From the NCBI RefSeq assembly GCF_022846255.1, contig NZ_AP025682.1: a DNA stretch of 64,000 nucleotides; one strand, given 5' to 3'. Both the position numbers and the translations under genes were made by a program. Position 1 is the first letter of the stretch; every line of letters starts with the position of its first letter. The stretch comes from Escherichia coli. Its GTDB lineage: Bacteria > Pseudomonadota > Gammaproteobacteria > Enterobacterales > Enterobacteriaceae. Under the pieces are notes generated by a model. That model saw only the letters and a list, made by a program, of their open reading frames with translations, had not been told where the DNA came from and ran no database searches. Positions 19,230 to 31,708 of this stretch are shown here, in pieces.

Positions 19230-19360
19230 AACCAAACGACTCGGGGTGCCCTTCTGCGTGAAGGCTGAGAAATACCCGTATCACCTGATCTGGATAATGC
19301 CAGCGTAGGGAAGTCACGGACCACCAGGTCATTGCTTCTTCACGTTATGGCAGGAGCAAA
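19230..19360 (+). promoter_or_regulatory. TPP (thiamine pyrophosphate) riboswitch in the thiM leader
   Basis: CGACTCGGGGTGCCCTTCTGCGTGAAGGCTGAGAAATACCCGTATCACCTGATCTGGATAATGCCAGCGTAGGGAAGTCACGG matches the thiM aptamer (thi-box CUGAGA ... ACCUGAUCUGGAUAAUGCCAGCGUAGGGAA); the AGGAG SD just before the ATG is sequestered by the expression platform. Confidence 0.9.
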
Positions 19361-19362
19361 CT

Positions 19363-20151
19363 ATGCAAGTCGACCTGCTGAGTTCAGCGCAATCTGCGCA
19401 CGCGTTACACCTTTTTCACCAACATTCCCCTCTTGTGCACTGTATGACCAACGATGTGGTGCAAACCTTTACTGCCAATACCTTGCTGGCGCTCGGTGCA
19501 TCGCCAGCGATGGTTATCGAAACCGAAGAAGCCAGTCAGTTTGCGGCTATCGCCAGTGCGTTGCTGATTAACGTTGGCACACTGACGCAGCCACGAGCGC
19601 AAGCGATGAGTGCTGCCGTTGAGCAAGCAACACGATCACAAACGCCCTGGACGCTTGATCCGGTTGCGGTTGGTGCGCTCGATTATCGCCGCCGTTTTTG
19701 TGTGGAACTTCTGTCCCATAAGCCAACCGCCATACGTGGTAATGCTTCGGAAATCATGGCATTAGCTGGCGTTGCTAATGGTGGACGGGGAGTGGATACC
19801 ACTGATGCCGCAGCTAACGCGATACCCGCTGCACAAACACTGGCACGGGAAACTGGCGCAATCGTCGTGGTCACTGGCGAGGTGGATTATGTTACCGATG
19901 GACATCGTATCATTGGCATTCACGGTGGCGATCCGTTAATGACCAAAGTGGTAGGAACTGGCTGTGCACTATCGGCGGTTGTCGCTGCCTGTTGTGCGCT
20001 ACCAGGCGATACGCTGGAAAATATCGCATCTGCCTGTCACTGGATGAAACAAGCCGGAGAACGCGCAGTCGCCAGAAGCGAGGGGCCAGGTAGTTTTGTT
20101 CCACATTTCCTTGATGCGCTCTGGCAATTGGCGCAGGAGGTGCAGGCATGA
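19363..20151 (+). CDS. thiM: hydroxyethylthiazole kinase
   Basis: 262 aa; downstream of the TPP riboswitch; 4-bp overlap with thiD. Confidence 0.95.
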   Translation: MQVDLLSSAQSAHALHLFHQHSPLVHCMTNDVVQTFTANTLLALGASPAMVIETEEASQFAAIASALLINVGTLTQPRAQAMSAAVEQATRSQTPWTLDPVAVGALDYRRRFCVELLSHKPTAIRGNASEIMALAGVANGGRGVDTTDAAANAIPAAQTLARETGAIVVVTGEVDYVTDGHRIIGIHGGDPLMTKVVGTGCALSAVVAACCALPGDTLENIASACHWMKQAGERAVARSEGPGSFVPHFLDALWQLAQEVQA

Positions 20152-20948
20152 AACGAATTAACGCTCTGACGATTGCCGGTACTGATCCGAGTGGTGGTGC
20201 GGGGATTCAGGCCGATCTTAAAACCTTCTCGGCACTTGGCGCTTATGGTTGCTCAGTGATTACTGCACTAGTGGCGCAAAATACCCGTGGCGTACAGTCG
20301 GTGTATCGCATTGAGCTTGATTTTGTCGCCGCCCAGCTCGATTCGGTGTTCAGCGATGTGCGAATCGACACCACTAAAATCGGTATGTTGGCGGAAACCG
20401 ATATTGTTGAAGCGGTGGCAGAACGGTTGCAACGTTATCAGATCCAAAACGTGGTACTCGACACCGTTATGCTGGCAAAAAGCGGCGACCCGCTGCTTTC
20501 ACCTTCGGCAGTTGCCACGCTACGCAGTCGATTATTGCCACAGGTTTCATTAATAACGCCAAACTTGCCCGAAGCAGCCGCCTTGCTCGACGCGCCACAC
20601 GCGCGCACCGAACAGGAAATGCTGGAACAAGGGCGATCGCTGTTGGCGATGGGCTGTGGCGCAGTGCTAATGAAAGGTGGTCATCTGGATGATGAGCAAA
20701 GCCCGGACTGGCTGTTTACCCGCGAGGGTGAACAACGGTTTACCGCACAGCGCATTATGACCAAAAACACTCACGGCACTGGTTGTACGCTCTCTGCGGC
20801 GTTGGCTGCACTGCGCCCGCGCCATACAAACTGGGCTGACACCGTACAGGAGGCAAAAAGCTGGCTTTCATCGGCGTTAGCCCAGGCCGACACGCTGGAA
20901 GTTGGTCACGGTATTGGTCCGGTTCACCACTTCCACGCCTGGTGGTGA
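20148..20948 (+). CDS. thiD: hydroxymethylpyrimidine / phosphomethylpyrimidine kinase
   Basis: 266 aa, [34 protein letters not shown] (PfkB-like ThiD signature). Confidence 0.95.
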   Translation: MKRINALTIAGTDPSGGAGIQADLKTFSALGAYGCSVITALVAQNTRGVQSVYRIELDFVAAQLDSVFSDVRIDTTKIGMLAETDIVEAVAERLQRYQIQNVVLDTVMLAKSGDPLLSPSAVATLRSRLLPQVSLITPNLPEAAALLDAPHARTEQEMLEQGRSLLAMGCGAVLMKGGHLDDEQSPDWLFTREGEQRFTAQRIMTKNTHGTGCTLSAALAALRPRHTNWADTVQEAKSWLSSALAQADTLEVGHGIGPVHHFHAWW

Positions 20949-21003
20949 GCACCGTACTATAGCTGCTTTGGTTATTGTCAGCCTTTGGCACTGACATTCA
21001 GGG

Positions 21004-21834
21004 ATGAAACCAATGCAGCTAAGAATCACCAGTCGAAAAAAACTCATCGCTTTATTATGCGCTCTTGGGCTAATATCCATCGTTGCGATTCATCCGCGTC
21101 AGACGGTGAATTTTTTCTATTCGACAGCAGTTCAGATTAAAGACTACATCCACTTCTACGGTTATCGCCCGGTTAAATCTTTCGCTATTCGCATTCCTGC
21201 CAGTTACACCATTCACGGAATAGATGTTTCGCGCTGGCAGGAACGGATCGACTGGCAGCGGGTGGCAAAAATGCGCGATAACGGTATTCGCTTACAATTT
21301 GCCTTTATTAAGGCGACGGAAGGCGAAAAGCTGGTGGACCCCTATTTTTCGCGTAACTGGCAACTAAGCCGCGAAAATGGCCTGCTGCGCGGGGCGTATC
21401 ATTATTTTTCCCCGTCGGTATCCGCTTCAGTTCAGGCGCGATTATTTCTGCAAACGGTGGATTTCTCACAAGGCGATTTCCCTGCGGTACTGGACGTAGA
21501 AGAGCGAGGAAAATTATCGGCAAAAGAATTACGCAAGCGGGTAAGTCAGTGGCTAAAAATGGTCGAAAAACGTACGGGAAAAAAGCCAATTATTTACTCA
21601 GGAGCCGTTTTTTATCACACCAATCTGGCGGGCTATTTCAATGAATATCCGTGGTGGGTGGCTCACTATTATCAACGTCGCCCGGACAATGACGGCATGG
21701 CCTGGCGCTTCTGGCAGCATTCCGACCGTGGGCAGGTCGATGGCATTAATGGTCCGGTGGATTTTAATGTGTTTAATGGCACAGAGGAGGAGTTGAGGGA
21801 TTCGTTGATGGGATTAAAGAAACGCCTTAAATAA
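21004..21834 (+). CDS. yegX: GH25-family muramidase-like protein YegX with N-terminal membrane anchor
   Basis: N-terminal hydrophobic segment LIALLCALGLISIVAI; GIDVSRWQ / FAFIKATEG motifs typical of GH25 lysozymes; start could be 21004 or 21013. Confidence 0.85.
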   Translation: MKPMQLRITSRKKLIALLCALGLISIVAIHPRQTVNFFYSTAVQIKDYIHFYGYRPVKSFAIRIPASYTIHGIDVSRWQERIDWQRVAKMRDNGIRLQFAFIKATEGEKLVDPYFSRNWQLSRENGLLRGAYHYFSPSVSASVQARLFLQTVDFSQGDFPAVLDVEERGKLSAKELRKRVSQWLKMVEKRTGKKPIIYSGAVFYHTNLAGYFNEYPWWVAHYYQRRPDNDGMAWRFWQHSDRGQVDGINGPVDFNVFNGTEEELRDSLMGLKKRLK

Positions 21835-21881
21835 GAAGCAGTGATATACTCCTACCAGACTCCCCGGCAGGAAAAAGACAA

Positions 21882-22628
21882 ATGGAACAAGCGCATACCC
21901 AGCTGATTGCCCAACTGAACGAGCGTATTTTAGCGGCGGATAACACGCCGCTTTATATTAAGTTTGCCGAAACGGTAAAAAATGCCGTGCGCAACGGGGT
22001 GCTGGAGCATGGCAATATTTTGCCCGGTGAGCGTGATTTAAGTCAGTTAACCGGCGTTTCGCGCATTACGGTGCGCAAGGCGATGCAGGCGCTGGAAGAA
22101 GAGGGCGTGGTGACGCGTTCGCGTGGTTACGGCACGCAGATCAACAACATCTTCGAATACTCGTTGAAAGAAGCGCGAGGTTTTTCTCAGCAGGTGGTAT
22201 TGCGCGGGAAAAAGCCCGATACGCTATGGGTTAACAAGCGTGTCGTGAAATGTCCCGAAGAAGTCGCGCAGCAGCTGGCGGTCGAAGCAGGAAGTAATGT
22301 CTTTTTGCTTAAGCGTATTCGCTATGTCGATGAAGAGGCGGTATCGATTGAGGAATCGTGGGTTCCGGCGCATTTAATTCATGATGTTGATGCCATCGGA
22401 ATTTCTCTTTATGACTACTTCCGCAGCCAGCACATTTACCCACAACGTACGCGTTCCCGCGTTAGCGCCCGGATGCCGGATGCCGAGTTTCAGTCACATA
22501 TTCAGTTAGATAGCAAAGTACCGGTGCTGGTGATCAAGCAAGTGGCGCTTGACCAACAGCAACGGCCTATTGAGTACAGCATCAGCCACTGTCGCAGCGA
22601 TCTATACGTTTTTGTGTGCGAGGAGTAG
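21882..22628 (+). CDS. yegW: GntR/HutC-family transcriptional regulator YegW
   Basis: 248 aa; N-terminal GntR HTH (LPGERDLSQLTGVSRITVRKAMQALEEEGVV) plus UTRA-like C-terminus. Confidence 0.9.
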   Translation: MEQAHTQLIAQLNERILAADNTPLYIKFAETVKNAVRNGVLEHGNILPGERDLSQLTGVSRITVRKAMQALEEEGVVTRSRGYGTQINNIFEYSLKEARGFSQQVVLRGKKPDTLWVNKRVVKCPEEVAQQLAVEAGSNVFLLKRIRYVDEEAVSIEESWVPAHLIHDVDAIGISLYDYFRSQHIYPQRTRSRVSARMPDAEFQSHIQLDSKVPVLVIKQVALDQQQRPIEYSISHCRSDLYVFVCEE

Positions 22629-23567
22629 TTCCTCGCGCGTTGGCGCACAATCACCGCCCCGATGCCCGACAACCCACGACGCCACTGCATTGCCCAGTAA
22701 TACGGCATCCGCCAGTGGCAGACCAGAGGCCAGCCCGGCAAGTACGCCGCCGGCATGACTGTCGCCCGCCCCAATGGTGTCTACAACTTGCGTTGGAAAT
22801 GCCGGAATGCAGCCAGAAGCGTCGTTGCTGAAATACCATGCGCCCTCTTTATCGAGACGAACGATCAACGGCGCGGCAAATTTCTCCTGCCATTGCTTGC
22901 CTAGTGTTGTTATCTCTGCGGATAGAGCAAAACGTTCGGCGGCAATCTCAGCCTCCTGACGATTGAGTGATACTAAAGGTCGACAGGCCATGATCCGCGC
23001 CAGTAATGCATCCTGGATATCGCCAATACGTGGGCCAAAATCGATAAACGGCGTCACGTCTTGCAGCTTTTCCAGCCATTCCACTAACAATTCGCCGCAG
23101 GGCGAGGCCAGTTGATAACCGGAAAAATAGAGCAGGCTGCCAGGTGCAACGGTTAATCGCGCCAACCATTGGCGATTCCACTGATTTTCCACACCGCTGA
23201 ATGACATAAAAGTGCGTTCGCCATCAGGCTCAACCAGCGCCAGACACCAGCCGTTATCATCTTCGGCGTTATCGATCAGGCTGATTAAGTCCTCTTTTGC
23301 CATCCGGTTGCGAATAATCTCCGCCCACACCCCCTGACCGAGCGGCAAGGCATTACCCGCTTCGATGCCGAGGCGCTTTAATGCCACGGCAATATTCAGT
23401 GCACAGCCGCCAACGTTAACGCTCTGCTGTTTCAGTTCGATATCGCACCCACGCCAGGGGAGGGCATAAGCGTCGGCGATCACATCAATGACCGCCGCGC
23501 CGACGACCATCACCGGCTGACGCGTGGTTAATTCAGGCAGCAGCGTGTGTAATCGAGCGCTGCTCAT
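22602..23567 (-). CDS. yegV: PfkB-family sugar/nucleoside kinase YegV
   Basis: 321 aa; C-terminal DTIGAGDSHAGG PfkB signature; 4-bp overlap with yegU. Confidence 0.9.
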   Translation of the reverse strand: MSSARLHTLLPELTTRQPVMVVGAAVIDVIADAYALPWRGCDIELKQQSVNVGGCALNIAVALKRLGIEAGNALPLGQGVWAEIIRNRMAKEDLISLIDNAEDDNGWCLALVEPDGERTFMSFSGVENQWNRQWLARLTVAPGSLLYFSGYQLASPCGELLVEWLEKLQDVTPFIDFGPRIGDIQDALLARIMACRPLVSLNRQEAEIAAERFALSAEITTLGKQWQEKFAAPLIVRLDKEGAWYFSNDASGCIPAFPTQVVDTIGAGDSHAGGVLAGLASGLPLADAVLLGNAVASWVVGHRGGDCAPTREELLLAHKNV

Positions 23568-24568
23568 ACCGCCTCCCGTTGTTGGCGATACTTCGCCAGC
23601 GCTGTGGCATAGCGGTTGAAATCAAGCTGATTTACTGCATCCAGTTCCGCCTTTAACGCAGGATCGATAGCGTTAACGCCATGCAACGCGCCACAAATTG
23701 CCGTCGCCATAGCACCGATGGTGTCTGTGTCGCCGCCAAGGTTAGCGCAAAGGACGGCGCAACGGTTCGGATCGGTTTGTGCCAGTTCAACCAGCGCAAT
23801 GGCACACGGCACGGACTCAATGGTGCTGGTGCCTGCGCCAACGACCTGATAAAGCTGTTCGCTGGCGGATTCGGTGCCGTCGGCATTGCGCACTATTTTC
23901 AGCGCAATCTCCAGACGTGCCGCCAGTGAGGCGCTGAAGGTAGTGATGCGTTTTTGTTGAGCATGTCGCGCAATTGAGGGCAGTGAATCAACAATCGCTG
24001 ACCAGCTTTCTCCGTCAATGGCACGAGAAATCGCCCATGCGATGACTACCGCCCCCGCAACCGCCAGATCGGATTTATGGGTCGGGCTGGAGGCCAGCGC
24101 CACATCATCAATAAAAGAGTCAATATCGCGCGCCGGAAGCAAACAACCTAATGGCGAGACGCGCATCGCTGCGCCGTTGGTCACGCCGTTATTTTCCAGT
24201 TCAGCAACGGGTTTACCGTCGCGAATGGCGTTAAGCGCAATCTTCGAGGTCGGACCTAGTACGTTTTTGTTAAAGGCGTCGAAACGCAGCGCCCAGTCGA
24301 GAATATTACGCCCAATCAGATCCGGATCGATCTTGCCTTCACGTTCCAGTAACGCATCCGCCAGACACAGCGCCATCGAGGTATCGTCGGTGAATTCGGC
24401 GCGGTTAAAATAACAGGCTGCGTTATTCTCCTTTGGCCCAGGCAGAAAACGGTCAATCCAGCCAAAGTGTGCTTTAACGCGGCTGCGTGGCCAAAGCTCG
24501 GAGGGCATCCCCATCGCATCCCCTAACGCCTGCCCATAAAGAGCACCGAGAATACGTTCTGTTTTCAT
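23564..24568 (-). CDS. yegU: ADP-ribosylglycohydrolase-family protein YegU
   Basis: 334 aa; GALYGQALGDAMGMP N-terminus and GGDTDTIGAMA C-terminal motif of the ADP-ribosylglycohydrolase fold. Confidence 0.9.
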   Translation of the reverse strand: MKTERILGALYGQALGDAMGMPSELWPRSRVKAHFGWIDRFLPGPKENNAACYFNRAEFTDDTSMALCLADALLEREGKIDPDLIGRNILDWALRFDAFNKNVLGPTSKIALNAIRDGKPVAELENNGVTNGAAMRVSPLGCLLPARDIDSFIDDVALASSPTHKSDLAVAGAVVIAWAISRAIDGESWSAIVDSLPSIARHAQQKRITTFSASLAARLEIALKIVRNADGTESASEQLYQVVGAGTSTIESVPCAIALVELAQTDPNRCAVLCANLGGDTDTIGAMATAICGALHGVNAIDPALKAELDAVNQLDFNRYATALAKYRQQREAV

Positions 24569-25842
24569 TTAACTTCCCCTTGTGTCAACGCAATATCGCG
24601 ATCATCGACCTTGATAGCCGTAATTTCGTTGTCGGATTCGCGGAAAAAAATCATGAACAGCACGGCGATAATGGCAATCATCACCGCGCCGAAAGTCCAC
24701 ATCCCGGCCCAGTTGAAAGTCAGTCCGTTTACCGGTTCCTGATAAGCGAACATCTTTTCCATCATCACACCGCCAAGACGATAGCCGAGCAAACTGCCGA
24801 AGCCCTGGCAGCAGAGCGTGATCAGCCCCTGCGCAGCGGTACGCATATGCACGGGGGCTTTTTTATCGACATAGATGTAAGCGGTAACGTAGTAAAAATC
24901 GTAACTTACGCCGTGCAGCAAAATGCCGAGGAACAGTAACGCGTAGGTGAAATATTCATCCGCACTACCGTAAATAAAGAAGCCATAGCGGATCGCAGCG
25001 GTGACCAGACCAAGCAACAATACCTTTTTGATACCAAAGCGTTTGGTAAAAAACGGCAATGCCAGCATAAAGAAGATTTCAGAGAACTGGCCGAGCGTCA
25101 TCCAGCCAGTGGCGTTTTTCATGCCAACTTCGGTCAGATAACCGTTGGCAAAGATGTAATAGAACGCCAGTGGCATCGCAAACAGGAATGAACAGAAGAA
25201 AAAGACGAGGAAGTTCTTATCGCGCAGCAGGATCAGCGCATCCAGGCCGAGCATGACTTTAATATCCATTTTGCCGGTGCTTTTTGGTGGCGTGTCGGGC
25301 AGGAAAAACGCAAACACACCAAGCAGAGCAGAACTTCCGGCGGTAATCAGCAGCGGGATGTTAGTCGGAGAGATATCGGCATAACCCAGCATTTGCGGCA
25401 AAAATCCACATGCCAGACCGGAGGCAATCCAGCCGATAGTGCCCATCACACGAATGCGTGGGAAATCACGCTCCACATCCGGCACGTTGGCAAAAGCGAT
25501 ACTGTTAGTCAGCGCAATGGTCGGCATATAGGTTAGCGAGTAGGCCAGCAGTAACGGGAAGAACCCGGCAAAAGTGGTTTGTTGCGCGGCGAAATACATC
25601 AGCACCGCACCAGCGAACATCAATACCGCCAGCACTTTCTGCGCCGAGAAAAAGCGGTCAGTGATGGAGCCAACCAGAATCGGCGACAGGATCGCCGCAA
25701 TGGCGGTACAGGCATACGACCAGCCAATTTCTCCGGCACTAAAACCGCTTTTACTTAACCACAACCACAATGGCACAAACCACGCGCCCCAGATAAACCA
25801 TTCAACAAACATCATGAACGACAGCTTTGCTGTTGTTTTCAT
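24565..25842 (-). CDS. yegT: nucleoside:H+ symporter-family (MFS) transporter YegT
   Basis: 425 aa, polytopic membrane protein; first gene of yegT-yegU-yegV with 4-bp overlaps. Confidence 0.9.
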   Translation of the reverse strand: MKTTAKLSFMMFVEWFIWGAWFVPLWLWLSKSGFSAGEIGWSYACTAIAAILSPILVGSITDRFFSAQKVLAVLMFAGAVLMYFAAQQTTFAGFFPLLLAYSLTYMPTIALTNSIAFANVPDVERDFPRIRVMGTIGWIASGLACGFLPQMLGYADISPTNIPLLITAGSSALLGVFAFFLPDTPPKSTGKMDIKVMLGLDALILLRDKNFLVFFFCSFLFAMPLAFYYIFANGYLTEVGMKNATGWMTLGQFSEIFFMLALPFFTKRFGIKKVLLLGLVTAAIRYGFFIYGSADEYFTYALLFLGILLHGVSYDFYYVTAYIYVDKKAPVHMRTAAQGLITLCCQGFGSLLGYRLGGVMMEKMFAYQEPVNGLTFNWAGMWTFGAVMIAIIAVLFMIFFRESDNEITAIKVDDRDIALTQGEVK

Positions 25843-26098
25843 CTTTTAATTCCTTCATGACAGGTAATGTAAGGTACGCGATGACAATACCACTTAGTAA
25901 TACCTTTTAAATACCTTTGCGGTGAAAACTTGACCGCGGTAACATTTTTTCTGATGAATCGAGCCAACAGAAAACGCTGAAAAAACATCCAAAAGATGGA
26001 AAAACTCGCCCGTAACGACCAGGATTATGATTGCCCGCAAAAGGCGGGCCAGGACAATCCATAGCCGATATCCAATCGGAATTTACGGGAGCATAGTA

Positions 26099-27151
26099 AT
26101 GACAGATATTGCGCAGTTGCTTGGCAAAGACGCCGACAACCTTTTACAGCACCGTTGTATGACTATTCCTTCTGACCAGCTTTATCTCCCCGGACATGAC
26201 TACGTAGACCGCGTGATGATTGACAATAATCGCCCGCCAGCGGTGTTACGTAATATGCAGACGTTGTACAACACCGGGCGTCTGGCTGGCACAGGATATC
26301 TTTCTATTCTGCCGGTTGACCAGGGCGTTGAGCACTCTGCCGGAGCTTCATTTGCCGCTAACCCGCTCTACTTTGACCCGAAAAACATTGTTGAACTGGC
26401 GATCGAAGCGGGCTGTAACTGTGTGGCGTCAACTTACGGCGTGCTGGCATCGGTATCGCGGCGTTACGCGCATCGCATTCCATTCCTCGTCAAACTTAAT
26501 CACAACGAGACGCTAAGTTACCCGAATACCTACGATCAAACGCTGTATGCCAGCGTGGAGCAGGCGTTCAATATGGGCGCGGTGGCGGTTGGTGCGACTA
26601 TCTATTTTGGCTCGGAAGAGTCACGTCGCCAGATTGAAGAAATTTCTGCGGCTTTTGAACGTGCGCACGAGCTGGGCATGGTGACAGTGCTGTGGGCCTA
26701 TTTGCGTAACTCCGCCTTTAAGAAAGATGGCGTTGATTACCATGTTTCCGCCGACCTGACTGGTCAGGCGAACCATCTGGCGGCAACCATAGGTGCAGAT
26801 ATCGTCAAACAAAAAATGGCGGAAAATAACGGCGGCTATAAAGCGATTAATTACGGTTATACCGACGATCGAGTCTACAGCAAACTGACCAGTGAAAACC
26901 CGATTGACCTGGTGCGTTATCAGTTAGCTAACTGCTATATGGGCCGGGCCGGGTTGATAAACTCCGGCGGTGCTGCAGGCGGTGAAACTGACCTCAGCGA
27001 TGCAGTGCGTACTGCGGTTATCAACAAACGCGCAGGCGGAATGGGGCTGATTCTTGGACGTAAGGCGTTCAAGAAATCGATGGCTGACGGCGTGAAACTG
27101 ATTAACGCCGTGCAGGACGTTTATCTCGATAGCAAAATTACTATCGCCTGA
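26099..27151 (+). CDS. fbaB: class I fructose-bisphosphate aldolase
   Basis: 350 aa from [24 protein letters not shown]; the 374-aa ORF in the track is an upstream extension. Confidence 0.93.
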
Positions 27152-27180
27152 TGCGCTTCATACGAACAGCACTACCCCGT

Positions 27181-27214
27181 AGGCCGGAAAAGGCGTTAAC
27201 GCCACATCCGGCAT
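27181..27214. repeat. REP element
   Basis: GCCGGAAAAGGCGTTAACGCCACATCCGGC palindromic unit downstream of fbaB. Confidence 0.5.
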
Positions 27215-27235
27215 AAAACCACGCGTACTTTGTTA

Positions 27236-27263
27236 CGGCTTCCCCCGGGAGGCCGTTTTTTTT
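27236..27263 (+). terminator. intrinsic terminator after fbaB
   Basis: CGGCTTCCCCCGGGAGGCCG hairpin followed by T8. Confidence 0.55.
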
Positions 27264-27325
27264 GCCTTTCATTCCTCGAACAATTTTCACATTATCGTTT
27301 TTGTGATCGTTATCTCGACATTTAA

Positions 27326-29525
<2,200 letters not shown>

Positions 29526-29534
29526 GGACGGTAT

Positions 29535-29987
29535 ATGACTAACCTGTTTGTTCGTAGCGGAATTTCTTTTGTCGATCGTAGCGAAGTTTTAACCCATATC
29601 GGTAATGAGATGCTCGCGAAAGGTGTGGTTCATGATACCTGGCCACAGGCATTAATTACCAGAGAAGCAGAATTCCCTACCGGGATAATGCTTGAGCAGC
29701 ACGCCATTGCAATACCGCATTGTGAGGCGATTCATGCTAAGTCGTCAGCCATTTATCTGTTAAGGCCAACAAATAAAGTTCATTTTCAGCAAGCGGATGA
29801 TGATAACGACGTGGCGGTATCGTTGGTTATTGCGTTGATTGTGGAAAATCCGCAGCAGCAATTGAAACTTTTACGCTGTTTATTTGGCAAGTTACAACAG
29901 CCCGATATCGTCGAGACACTAATCACTCTTCCTGAAACCCAGTTAAAGGAATACTTCACAAAGTATGTTTTAGATTCAGACGAATAA
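29535..29987 (+). CDS. gatA: galactitol PTS EIIA component
   Basis: 150 aa; operon position. Confidence 0.95.
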   Translation: MTNLFVRSGISFVDRSEVLTHIGNEMLAKGVVHDTWPQALITREAEFPTGIMLEQHAIAIPHCEAIHAKSSAIYLLRPTNKVHFQQADDDNDVAVSLVIALIVENPQQQLKLLRCLFGKLQQPDIVETLITLPETQLKEYFTKYVLDSDE

Positions 29988-30017
29988 ATCCCTCTGTAAC
30001 AATAAAAAGGACTATTT

Positions 30018-30302
30018 ATGAAACGCAAGATTATTGTCGCTTGCGGAGGCGCGGTTGCGACCTCTACGATGGCGGCGGAAGAAATTAAAGAGTTGTGTCA
30101 GAGTCATAATATTCCTGTTGAATTAATCCAGTGTCGGGTTAATGAAATAGAAACCTATATGGATGGCGTGCATTTGATATGCACCACTGCCAGGGTGGAT
30201 CGTAGTTTTGGCAATATTCCGTTAGTTCACGGCATGCCTTTTGTTTCTGGTGTCGGTATCGAAGCATTACAAAATAAAATTCTGACTATCTTACAGGGGT
30301 GA
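30018..30302 (+). CDS. gatB: galactitol PTS EIIB component
   Basis: 94 aa, [16 protein letters not shown] (phospho-Cys motif). Confidence 0.95.
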   Translation: MKRKIIVACGGAVATSTMAAEEIKELCQSHNIPVELIQCRVNEIETYMDGVHLICTTARVDRSFGNIPLVHGMPFVSGVGIEALQNKILTILQG

Positions 30303-30305
30303 CCT

Positions 30306-31661
30306 ATGTTTTCAGAAGTCATGCGTTATATTCTCGACCTCGGCCCTACGGTGATGCTGCCGATTGTCATCATTATTTTTTCTAAAATATTAGGCATGAA
30401 GGCAGGCGATTGCTTTAAAGCGGGTCTGCATATCGGGATTGGCTTTGTTGGCATTGGCCTTGTGATTGGCTTAATGCTGGATTCCATTGGCCCGGCGGCG
30501 AAAGCGATGGCGGAAAATTTCGACCTGAATCTGCATGTGGTCGATGTCGGCTGGCCGGGCTCTTCACCCATGACCTGGGCGTCGCAAATTGCGCTGGTGG
30601 CGATTCCGATTGCGATTCTGGTTAACGTGGCGATGTTACTGACCCGTATGACGCGGGTGGTAAATGTTGATATCTGGAATATCTGGCATATGACCTTCAC
30701 CGGCGCGTTGCTGCATCTGGCAACCGGTTCATGGATGATAGGGATGGCGGGTGTGGTTATTCACGCGGCGTTTGTTTATAAACTCGGCGACTGGTTTGCC
30801 CGCGATACCCGAAATTTCTTTGAGCTGGAAGGAATTGCTATTCCGCACGGTACATCGGCGTATCTGGGGCCGATAGCGGTGCTGGTGGATGCTATCATCG
30901 AGAAAATCCCAGGGGTTAACCGTATTAAATTTAGTGCCGACGATATCCAGCGCAAATTTGGTCCTTTTGGCGAGCCCGTCACCGTGGGTTTTGTGATGGG
31001 ACTGATTATCGGCATCCTCGCGGGTTACGATGTCAAAGGTGTATTGCAGCTGGCGGTAAAAACGGCGGCAGTTATGCTGCTGATGCCACGGGTGATTAAA
31101 CCCATCATGGATGGTTTAACGCCCATCGCTAAGCAGGCCCGTAGTCGTTTACAGGCGAAGTTCGGCGGTCAGGAGTTCCTGATTGGCCTTGATCCGGCGT
31201 TGCTGCTGGGACATACGGCGGTGGTATCGGCAAGCCTGATTTTTATTCCACTCACCATTTTAATTGCTGTTTGTGTGCCGGGTAATCAGGTGCTGCCGTT
31301 TGGCGACCTTGCCACCATCGGCTTCTTTGTGGTGATGGCGGTCGCGGTGCATCGTGGAAATCTGTTCCGCACCTTAATTTCGGGTGTCATCATTATGAGC
31401 ATCACCCTGTGGATCGCGACGCAAACTATTGGTTTGCACACCCAACTGGCGGCTAATGCGGGCGCGTTAAAAGCCGGGGGTATGGTGGCTTCAATGGATC
31501 AGGGCGGTTCTCCCATTACCTGGTTACTGATTCAGGTTTTCTCCCCGCAAAATATTCCCGGTTTCATTGTTATCGGCGCAATTTATCTTACCGGTATTTT
31601 CATGACCTGGCGTAGAGCGCGTGGCTTTATTAAACAAGAGAAAGCCGTTCTCGCAGAATAA
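30306..31661 (+). CDS. gatC: galactitol PTS EIIC permease
   Basis: 451 aa polytopic membrane protein. Confidence 0.95.
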   Translation: MFSEVMRYILDLGPTVMLPIVIIIFSKILGMKAGDCFKAGLHIGIGFVGIGLVIGLMLDSIGPAAKAMAENFDLNLHVVDVGWPGSSPMTWASQIALVAIPIAILVNVAMLLTRMTRVVNVDIWNIWHMTFTGALLHLATGSWMIGMAGVVIHAAFVYKLGDWFARDTRNFFELEGIAIPHGTSAYLGPIAVLVDAIIEKIPGVNRIKFSADDIQRKFGPFGEPVTVGFVMGLIIGILAGYDVKGVLQLAVKTAAVMLLMPRVIKPIMDGLTPIAKQARSRLQAKFGGQEFLIGLDPALLLGHTAVVSASLIFIPLTILIAVCVPGNQVLPFGDLATIGFFVVMAVAVHRGNLFRTLISGVIIMSITLWIATQTIGLHTQLAANAGALKAGGMVASMDQGGSPITWLLIQVFSPQNIPGFIVIGAIYLTGIFMTWRRARGFIKQEKAVLAE

Positions 31662-31708
31662 TTTTTACCTGAGGGGGAGGTTATCCCCCTTAACAATCAG
31701 GAGTTTTT

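Noticed and set aside
21004-21834. Prophage endolysin / prophage remnant at yegX
   Set aside because: No holin, integrase, terminase or att-like repeats nearby; flanked by thiD and yegW.
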